From: Bugula neritina
Lineage: Eukaryota; Animalia; Bryozoa
Assembly: GCA_964035545.1 (NCBI GenBank)
Contig: OZ037768.1
Coordinates: 4,620,741 to 4,684,740, forward strand
Reading direction: 5' to 3'
DNA length: 64,000 bases
This document shows, one piece after another, positions 54,626 through 64,000 of this stretch. Positions within the stretch are counted from its first letter, which is position 1; each line of letters begins with the position of its first letter. The position numbers and the translations under genes were made by a program. A model generated the notes under the pieces. The model made no database searches. It was not told the DNA's origin and saw nothing but the letters and a program-made list of their open reading frames with translations.

Positions 54626-56167
54626 ATGGAAGGAAGTGATTACGTACAAGCCTATTATTTATTTCTAATGGCCTTCATGATTGTATTACAAGTAATAAAT
54701 TTAGTATTGCTTGGCACCATCATGTTTAGGTAAAAGTATACAGTAGATATAATACATACTCTACTTGCATGGAATTGCTATTTCATGTATTCTTTAACTA
54801 CCCTAACGGGGGGGGGGGGGGGTTTCTGTTGTAAAAACTAAAGCTATATGTTACTATTTTTTACACAATAGGAATTAAATATATGTTACTTTAAAATATA
54901 GGCAGCGCAACATGGTTAGAAGGAGAGAGGGATGCCCTACACAACCCAGACTACGATTCTCCACCAGTGCAGCTAAAAATGTTAGTATATAGCAGTGCTG
55001 AGCCAATATTCAGTCTGTAGGCTACTCAGCGTTATAATATGTTGGGATTTATTTTCTGCTACAATTGAATTGCTTTTATGTGGGTATTTTGTGTTTTATT
55101 CAGCATTCTGTCACAGAGCCTCAAAGTACACAAACTGTTTTCCGGTGTTGAATAAATATATTTTATAAGTCACATGTTGTGCCAAAGGTACAAAATATTA
55201 AAAGTACCGACATCAATGAACAAAAAAATGAATTTTAAAGATACTGAAATGTTAAAATACCCAACAGTTTATTAGCAACCTGATTTAATCTCAACAACAT
55301 CTGCATTTTCAACACCATGTTAGCTTCAGTAAATTGTTAGGAAATTTTAAGAAAACACACACCTGTGGTTGCAATCCTATATATTGTTATAGATGCTCCA
55401 TATGGATTCATCAACAGTGTTAACTCAATTTTATGTCTATTTTTCCACTTGTAAATTTTTTTATCAATACATAAAATACCTAACACCTCATTCAGAAATA
55501 CCAGCTTTATACTAAATGCATTATGGTCTTGCAACATATTATGTTATTTTAAAGGAAGAAATAAAATACAATGCTTGATTATATCCAATTTTGCATTCTA
55601 GTCATACACACCTGAAAGACATAGCATAAAGATGGAGAGTGGTGATGAAAGATATGTTTTACCAACAGAAGTTCAGGCTGTAAGAAGTGATCATACTTAC
55701 CTGTCTATAATACCAAGGTAGGGTCAGTGATAAAAGCATATGCAAATTTTAGACATACCAAATTTATGCATGGTATGACTGGTTTAAATAAAAACTGAAA
55801 TACTTGTTGCATGGATAACTGTGTGTATCTGCGTTGATGTAAAGAGTGCTTGTTACTTACTCAATCATTTGTTGTAGTGAAGCAGATGTGGAGAAAGAAG
55901 GGACATCCTACAGTGTCAATTCAGTAAGTGAGCATCTTTTCAAGACAGGTCAGATTAAAAGACAGGATGAGCAAACAAGGATGTATGAAAACCGGCCACT
56001 GGTAAGACCGGACATAAAATGGTGCTACTGTGAAAAGCTAAATTCAATTAATACATATGCATAGGTAAAAAAAAGTTTTATCAATTTTGATTTAGGTAGA
56101 GAGTAGATCGATAAACAGCAGTAACACATCAGTTGTGCTCAATATTGTGGAACCAGAAAACAAATAA
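54626..56167 (+). CDS. Uncharacterised 164-aa single-pass membrane protein with almost no ectodomain and tyrosine motifs (transmembrane adaptor-like)
   Basis: Good start context aacATGg. Exons 54626-54729, 54902-54980, 55602-55717, 55878-56001, 56096-56167 all join in phase. Sequence: MEGSDYVQAYY-[LFLMAFMIVLQVINLVLLGTIMF]-RQRNMVRRR...RYVLP...RSDHTYLSII...MYENRPL...PENK*. Confidence 0.75.
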
Positions 56168-56780
56168 CTGATGGTCATTGCAGCTGAAAGGTACATTTGG
56201 ATAAATATAAACCAAAATAAATATTATCTATTGCAAATTTTTGTGTATTCACCATTTGGATTCATTCTAGTGTCATTTCCAGGATAAATGGGCTAAAATT
56301 TTTGTAATAAAAAGTTTTATGTACATATATCTTGCATTGGTTTATGTAATTTACCAAAGTCATTAGTTTCAACAGTTCATAAAAAAGTTAACTGATCATA
56401 TTCTCCACATAAATTGAGAAAACAACTCCTTCCTCCACAAGTGTTATTTTATTAGCATAATACAAAACAGATGAGTTTATCAGTCAAATAATTTTTATTA
56501 CATAACTATGATATATAACAACATACTGCATAACTGACATTGTTGATTTCATAACATATTACCAATCCACTAGAAAAACACTTTGAATTCAACATGTCTC
56601 TATTGATACACTTTCAGATGTCAATAGTTTGAAAAAAGACTACCTAGATACAACACTGGCAACATTTACAATACTTTGAAAGATCTACCATTACTCTGTT
56701 TACATCCTAATGTAGATATATGTATTGTAAAGCTGATGTGTTGTCTGAACTAATTATGCAAAGTGTATATGTACAGTTTA

Positions 56781-59700
56781 TCAGTGCTGCTCAGATGACA
56801 GCAATGTTGGCTGAGTCCCACTATTCAATATACCATACTGTTTATATGTAGTATTAAAGTCAAAAGGTAGTCTATTTTCTTGAATACCATATAAGGACAT
56901 CAAGGCATCATGAGCTGCCATCTCTTCTGCTATTTCTAGAGTCTCGCCAGGAGCTAAAATTATACATTACTCTCTGCATTATATTATTCTATAGAGGTTG
57001 GCGCAGTAGTGGAGAAATTGAGAAATGTCTGTGTTCTAGATAGAAAATGTAGCACAAGAAGTTACGCTCTCTTGAGAATTTCAACTGAGAAAATTAAAAA
57101 ACTTAGACAATTGAAAGTTTTCCACTACCGCACCTAATTGATTCTACAGTTCCATAAAGCATGTTTTGCTAAGAATTAATAGTAAATAATCAACAATTAG
57201 CTTTCAAATATAGTATGCAGTAATTAATAAAATAACATGAACTGATATTAATTTATATCTTCCATTAAAGGGCTCCTTTATATTAAGAGTAATTTCACTA
57301 CATAGTTCAACCTAGTTTTATATGATCATTATGTAATGTCAATAAGTCTCAAAATTAAAAATTCAACCTTGTAAAATCACCTAATCATTGCATAACAAAC
57401 TCGGCTTATTTTAGGCAAAAATTAAATTAAATTAAAGGCAACAAGATGGTAATGGTGACACAATGAAGAACCTTAATTGAGCATTACTTGAACCCGCTGC
57501 AATAAACAACAGTACAAGGCACGCCGTAAGTCACATCAGCATATACCATAGTATTTACCTTTCCCAATTAGCTCATTGTCACTGTAGATTCCAACAAAGT
57601 AACACGAGACAGCTGTAGCCTGACCACAATGCTCTAACAGCCTAGATATAGGTTCTCCTTGACCTTTCTTCTGCAGTAAACCTACCAGCCTAGTCATGGC
57701 ACTAGTGATGGGGAATATCGCATCAATGTCCTCTCCTATGAGCTGAGTTATTATAAAATCCCTGACAAACGCACACGCTCTTTCTTCTCCCTAAAATAAA
57801 CCATACAAACATTGCTACAACACATACTGTATAAGTGTATAAACTATAAACAATTTTCCTTCCAAAATGTATATAAAATACTGTTGGGCATATAAAAATG
57901 TGACTCATATGTATAAAATTATTAAAGAGACACATGGTTATAATGCAACCAGTGAACTGTGCTTTGAGTATTTATAGATAATATGTATGTAATTCTCATA
58001 TTTGCTATACATTACATAATATGTATTAATCACAGACTATATAATAAAATGGACACAGACACAATGTTTCAGATACTATTACCTGCTCTTCATTGATAAG
58101 GGAAACTAGAGCTAAAAGCGACCTTGCCACGGGTTCACTTGGTACAGGAAATCCCTACAATAATTATATAATGTGATAACACCAAATGAATTATATAATA
58201 CAGAACCAGAATAACACAGCAAGAAATCTGTAACCTTCCCATCACTAACCACAGAGTATGTAGTAATATAAGAAATGCAAATTTAATAAGCTATGCTAGT
58301 ACGTACATCATATAATATAAGGTCTGTAATACCCAGGTGTTTTCCAACATGTGCCAGCTTTTCTGTTGACATCAGGAATTCTAGAATTGACCTGTTGAAA
58401 AAAGTTTAATGCTGAAGATTGTTCTATTAAAAAACAATGACTCAGAAAATATCTGTACTGCAGAAAACCGAATACAAAATACCATTGAAGAAACAGCAAT
58501 GGTCAGTAGCTAGAAATAAAAATGTCTACATTTTGGTGAGACTGCTCATTGAAGACACAGATACAAGATAACATACCCCACTCCTTCTTCTGGAAGATGC
58601 GGAAACTGCATTTTAATAAAATCTTTAATGAATTTTCTTGCCAATTTATCGCCTGGAATGTTGAAAAAATCTCCTTAATAGTCTCTCCCATAAATTGACA
58701 TGTTTAACATATACTTACTCAGTAATAGCACTGCCTAGCAATTGAAACCCACCACCGTACCCAGCATTTTGTAGATAAAACTCAACAGATATTAATAACA
58801 ACAAAATTAATTTTCAGTCGAATTTGCATCGGATGTATCATAAACCCTCAACACATTCTAAAAAGAAGACAATCAACAGACCTGACTCTGCCATTTGTTC
58901 ATTACCAGCACTAGTATCCAGAGCATCCAACTCCTGGCCTTGAACTGAATCTCCAATAACCTCTTTAACCAGTTGAGCCGTGCTCCGAGAGTATGACCTA
59001 GGATAATGGAAAGCTTGAACTTAACACTGGGAGATGCAACACTGAGATACAACTATAATTATTTAAGTTTACTTGAAACGCACACAGACACCTTTTATTA
59101 AATTAATTATTCCAAAAACCTGAGTTACAAACAAGGAGTTCATATTAATATTGCTTTTAATAACTATGTTCACGAGCCACAACCATTAGACACTGGCTTA
59201 GTAAACACAAGGTCAGTGGTTTGAATCCCAGTGGAGGCCGTTCTTCGCCACAATAGAAAACAAGTCTTTAGCCCACTTAACCCTTTTCATCAGGGGTTTT
59301 GAGAGGGATGGTGACTATAATCATATGGGAGTTCAGTTATAGTGAAACAACTTTTAATAGAAATGTCAAGTTACTCTTATTGCATAAGTATTGTAGACTA
59401 GAACTAAACAACCGTACATGTCGGTAAATGCTTGTCGTACACCAACACGAGATAGCTTCTCAGATATTCTGTGAGTGAATGCCTCCAACTCAACATCCTC
59501 ATTCCTGGAAACACATAAAATACATATACAATGGCAGGTTTTTATACGAAAATCTAATTATTCCACAATTAAACAAACATAACTGAACAATCAGCAAAAT
59601 AATAAAGTAAGAAATTCTAGGATGTCAAATAAGAGAACCAAAAAGTTTTGGTGACTGGTAGTGATGATTCAAAATTAAAAGGTATACCATATTGAGCAAA

Positions 59701-60356
59701 CATGCAATAAATTGATTTACTAAGATATATCTGATTATTCAACTTCTTGGAAAGCTTTTACAGGCAGTTTTTTGTAGCTTATCAGTAATTAAAACATTTT
59801 CCAAAAGCTGTTTGTTATCCTCACAAAATCTATATACATCATTCAAATAACCATATGCCATCCAATTGCATAAACTCGTCTGCTAAACTACAGTTAGCTG
59901 CTGTCCCAAATATCATAGCAAAAATATTTCACACCAGTTGAGCTGTTTAGAGCGAGGAGTTGCTTCTATAGGTCCAACTTTGAGTCTTCTTCTATAAAGC
60001 TCTTTATTATATTTATAAGAATGCTGTTTATAGGTTCGAGCACCTAAACAAATTCAACGAACAATGAATTTAATGATATTTCAGTTTTACAATTAAAAAG
60101 CCAACACTAAAGTAAATTTTCATATCAAATAAACTGAAACATAAAATTTATTGAAAAAATATCTAACATCGAAAGAAAAGGCTATAACCAACTTATGCGT
60201 TCAGAACTTAATAACAATAGCTTACTAATCATCAAACATCGTTGAAGGTAATATTTTCATACCCTGAAGCACTGTGATAGGAGGTGGGTTCATAAAGTTG
60301 GGCAACTCCAATCTGAATCTTTTAATAGCTCCACAACAGGTTTTAGCTAATGCCAT
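56781..60356 (-). CDS. MRPL44: 39S mitochondrial ribosomal protein L44 (RNase III-like + dsRBD-like)
   Basis: Spliced translation contains RRLKVGP...RS..LNWNEDVELEAFTHRISE, FPHLPEEGVGSILEFLMS...LGITDLI, AFVRDFIITQL, EPISRLL...YFVGIYSDNELIGKAPGETLEIAEEMAAHDAL..LYG..ENR.PFDF, typical of mL44. Nine phase-consistent exons from 60356-60263 to 56953-56781; none was predicted correctly by the ORF track. Confidence 0.92.
56998..57136. mobile_element. Short MITE family B, copy 3
   Basis: ggcgcagtagtggagaaattga ... aaagttttccactaccgcaccta inverted termini; internal tagcacaagaagttacgc matches tagcaagagaagttatgc in copy 1. Confidence 0.7.
59190..59320 (+). mobile_element. tRNA-Thr(AGT)-like 3' half (SINE head or tRNA pseudogene) with SINE-like tail
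   Basis: ctggcttAGTaaacacaaggtcagtggtttgaatcccagtggaggcc resembles the anticodon-to-acceptor half of eukaryotic tRNA-Thr(AGT) (…CTAGTAAACAGGAGATCCTGGGTTCGAATCCCAGCGGTGCC), recalled rather than aligned. The 5' half and stems are not intact. Confidence 0.55.
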
Positions 60357-61625
60357 AAGGATTTATTGCAATTAATTATCTCTGAAAATTAATTTATAAA
60401 TAATCAGTTGCTAGATTATAGAGTTCAATAGTTTACTATTCTTCAATAATTGATAATTCAATCGAACAATTAATTTCAACGTCAAAAAAAATGTTGACAG
60501 TAGCAAGTTTATGCAAAAATAAAATGTCTAACTGCTCAAGTTTAACAATAATTAGGCCAACAAAAGAATGAGATTTTGTTAGTCTCATTTATGGCAAAGA
60601 AAAAGCTTTGAACCTTCCAAGTCATGAAAATATACATTGAAAAAATTCATAAAAAATGTTAATTACAACAAGAGTCAAGCTGCGTAAACTTAAAGTTAGT
60701 GATAATCTAATTTCCAGTGAATAGTGTAACTATAAGCATAAGTATTACTATTACTATTAGTTTTAGTAGCATAATCCATAATGACGATTCGGATTACCAT
60801 TATGATTATTATTATGATAATGAAAATGCCCGAAAGGCGAATGGTAATCGTCATGTTGAATCATTCTGATTGTCATTGTGACCACCGTCAGTCACAGTTT
60901 CAGTGTGAGTGTCAATGTGTTGTCGTTGGGTAAGCAGGCAGTATTACTACTAGTAGTAGTTCTACTTCTTGGAATAAAATAAAAATAAAAATAATTAAAA
61001 TGCATTATGATTATGATAATGATTATCATTATGATAAAATTTTAAAAAGATATAGAGAAAATAACAAATTCTGAATTTCAGTTGAAAGAGCAATAATAAA
61101 GCAATCTTACAAGGTTTCGGCAACGATTAACTGAAAATAAATATGATTATCATTATTATTATAAATACCTGATAAAAATTTCGTTTTGATCAGTGAAGTT
61201 CCAATTATGCAAATGCAGAAAAAACCCAGCACGCTTTTAGTTTTAGCCTGATTTTTGAGCAAAGTATTTCTACAAAGTCTAGTAGATACTAATGTCGTGA
61301 AATTTGCATATTAAACCAGTCAGTAGTTTTGGAGCTAGGTGTTTATAAATCTAACGAGTCACTTATTCAAAATGTTAAATTATTTCCGCAACGTAAATCG
61401 CTTGAAACAGCACCTAGCTCATAGTCATTAATTTGGAGCTCAGGAGTTTAAATCCAGACAACGATGGTTATACAAACTCTGCACCCAGTCACCCTTAACT
61501 TAGTACTGCCCCTAGCAGTTTTGTAACAAAACAGTCTCGGATTTAAATTCATTTTCACACAGTACAACTTGAACTAGGTAAATAGTAGCTGTAAGTAATT
61601 ATAAGTATAAAATTAAATGAATTCA

Positions 61626-61676
61626 TTGAGGAGTAATGATGGTGAAATTTATTGAGGAGTAATGATGGTGAAATTT
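61626..61676. repeat. 26-bp direct duplication ATTGAGGAGTAATGATGGTGAAATTT x2
   Basis: Directly visible. Confidence 0.85.
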
Positions 61677-62484
61677 AACGTATTAGTTGTTTTAAATTTA
61701 TCAGGTTTCTCTATCCTCATCAGCCAAAAGTATATGACCCTGCCTTTAAAGTTTAAAGTTTAGGTTTTAGTTATAAGTTAAAGTTAAGAGACTTTCACTT
61801 TCAGTTTGAGTTTCACTTTTGAGATACTGGCTGAGTATAACTCTTCATTTTGATACTGTTTTTGGATTATAATTTCCATCAAAACGAATAGTAAAATATG
61901 TTGAAATTAGTAGTTCAACAACAAATATTTGCACTGTATGAGTGTAAGCATATTTTTGGTTCATTGTCATTGTGATTGTATAATTTGTTACATTCAATTT
62001 CATTGTCACTGTCAGTCTTATTTTTATAAAGTTTAAATATATCAACAAAAGACATTGACTAAGCTGAATGCTGAGTAATGAATATAACCTTTTTAGTAAT
62101 TTGCAGAATTTGACATTGTTTAGAGTAATCCTATATGTTATCTTAAACCCGACTGTAATAAAGTTCTATATTGTATTTATGGGCCCCTCTTCAATTGGTG
62201 TTATGAAACAGAGAAGTCACTAAAGACAATTAATGATTTTCAATGCTATAAATTCATCTATTTATTAAGCCATGCTTGGGGGTTAGATTTTTTCAAAGTA
62301 GTGCTAATAAATATGTCATCTATGAGAGAAATAAAGCAATTCATTCAGTTACATGGTTAAGGAATTCCTATTGCATCTACTTTCTGCATCATCGTACATT
62401 TATTTTAGATTGGACAAATATATTTTCAACTAGTTATAACATGCTGGAGTGATAGCCCAAGTTACTAATATTACAATATGAGCT

Positions 62485-63587
62485 ATGGATGATAGTAGTA
62501 ATTTAGATTTCAAAAATACACTTGCTGCGAATGGAAGTGGAGAAACTGGAAAATATTCGGACACCAATAAGTCTTCGGTACAGATCCAACCAGATGCACC
62601 AGGAAATGTTTTCACCTCAGAAGGTGGTGAAACCAGTTCACACAAGATGCAAACTGAAACTCATTCTTGTGAGAAAAGCATATGCAAATCAGAAATAGAT
62701 GTATCTGAGAAAACTGTAGCAATAGAACAAAATAGTAAGGTAAATGTTTCAATTATTTTCAGCTGGATTCTGTTTTGATACACATACAAGGCAATAAAAT
62801 AACTTTATCTTTTGAAAATAATGAAACATTGAATATTTTTGCCAACAATATTATAAGTGATGTGTTGATGTTTCAACTTTATCCCATAAACAAACTACTT
62901 AGATTTTACTGAGGATTTAAAATCAATTGAACACTTTCTCTGATTTTCTGGCTTCATTATAATTCTAGCTACGGAGTTTGAGGCAAAGAAAGTCAGCCGA
63001 CGCACTAACTCCCACTCCTCCTAAAAAGAAAAGACACAGTTCTACTGATAATAAGTCTAATGTAACGCAAACTAAACAAGGAGCATCTGAATCAATGAAT
63101 ACAACAGGTAGTCACTAAGTCCTGCTGAAAGTCAAGTGGGGCTTGGGCCAAGTTTAATAGAACTTTTTTTTTGGCATGTTTACTAAGTTTTTCTTCATCT
63201 TTAATGTAAGCAACCAATGAAGACCACTGTCTATAGAGCTACTGTTGTTAATAATATGAAATATTGATGTTTTGTCACACCCATGAAAGTGAATTGGGTT
63301 TCTTCGTCTATATCTTCAACTAAGTTGTTTATAAATCTTCACATTAATAGATTGGCTTTTGCAAGAGGATGTTCATTATAAAATATTTCTTCTACTTGTA
63401 ATTTATAGCTATTGTGGGTATTGATCTATATGTTGGCATTTGTAAATATGGAGCATTTCTTTTCTTTATTATGTTCAGAGAAAAATAGTCCAAAACAAAC
63501 GGAGAAAAGAAAACTGCTCCCAAGAAGGTCAGGAATTGAATGGAAAGTAGGCTGTAAATTAGAGGCCATGGACTTCTTGAAGAAATG
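62485..63587 (+). CDS. PHF20L1: PHF20/PHF20L1-like Tudor-domain protein, first three coding exons (continues beyond the window)
   Basis: Exons 62485-62739, 62969-63107, 63479-63587 join in phase. LPRRSGIEWKVGCKLEAMDFLKKW matches the start of the first Tudor domain of PHF20/PHF20L1 ([23 protein letters not shown]). An NLS-like PPKKKR precedes it. Confidence 0.8.
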
Positions 63588-64000
63588 GTGTGTTTGCTAT
63601 GCAATGGCACTGCTAGATCATCAAACTTGTTCTACATTTTCTGTATTCTATCATTTTCATTATTATGTAGTATTATATGTATGGCTATGTGCTATATTTT
63701 GTACACTATATTTTAGTTTAAATAAACTCAACATCATTCATAAAATAGCTTGGTTTTAGTTAATATAATTATACAAGAGCAAGAGGTTTTCCGTAGCCAA
63801 TGGAATATGCAGAAGAATGTAAACTCTATTCAAGTATAATAATAAGTAACTAACTTTACAGAAAGTGTTAAAGCTTCTTTCATACAGCTGTACAGCTATG
63901 CTTTGTCAATAGAACAGCTTACAAAGTTATATAATACTGTGCCCTTCTATTTACTTTGTTTGAGGTGGTATAGAATAAAAGCACATGCTTTAGGTACAAG

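Noticed and set aside
55693-55703. Exact U1 snRNA 5' end ATACTTACCTG
   Set aside because: The following sequence is not U1, and it lies within the HTYL codons of a coding exon; no antisense exon could be built from it.
56190-56780. Spliced 3' UTR of the small TM gene overlapping the MRPL44 3' UTR
   Set aside because: Candidate donor and acceptor exist, but AATAAA signals at ~56216 and ~56306 could end the transcript earlier; unsupported without RNA data.
58858-58881. 24-nt GT-AG mini-intron in MRPL44
   Set aside because: Too short, and the following frame hits a stop; the true next exon is at about 58652-58576.
59190-59240. Functional tRNA-Thr gene
   Set aside because: No intact 5' acceptor strand or D-arm, and the stems mispair; treated as a SINE or pseudogene remnant.

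Overview
AT-rich, gene-dense nuclear DNA of a compact invertebrate genome (short GT-AG introns; species not determinable from sequence alone). I hand-spliced nine genes. In order: 5' part of an unidentified minus-strand gene (<1-1898); ULK4 pseudokinase (+, 5058-19424, 29 coding exons); an ADAM with a His-Gly-x-x-His, catalytically dead zinc motif (+, 20236-24138); OXR1/NCOA7-type LysM-GRAM-TLDc gene (-, 24958-39904); MUL1/MAPL RING E3 ligase (+, 43045-46661); an unnamed divergent-CUB single-pass receptor with a long basic tail (+, ~47790-53171); an unnamed 164-aa ectodomain-less transmembrane adaptor-like protein (+, 54626-56167); MRPL44 (-, 56781-60356); and the 5' end of PHF20/PHF20L1 (+, 62485 to beyond the window). 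Introns carry several MITE/foldback families, tRNA-derived SINE remnants and many minisatellites. Two observations stand out. (1) The two unnamed membrane genes share an RS[ND]HTY[VL]S[VI] tyrosine motif at an identical position relative to a phase-2 exon end, suggesting a tandem receptor + adaptor pair. (2) Many intronic minisatellites abut splice sites and are built from sense or antisense copies of splice signals, including a 10-copy tandem array of a real 5' splice site. All gene models are manual and lack transcript support.
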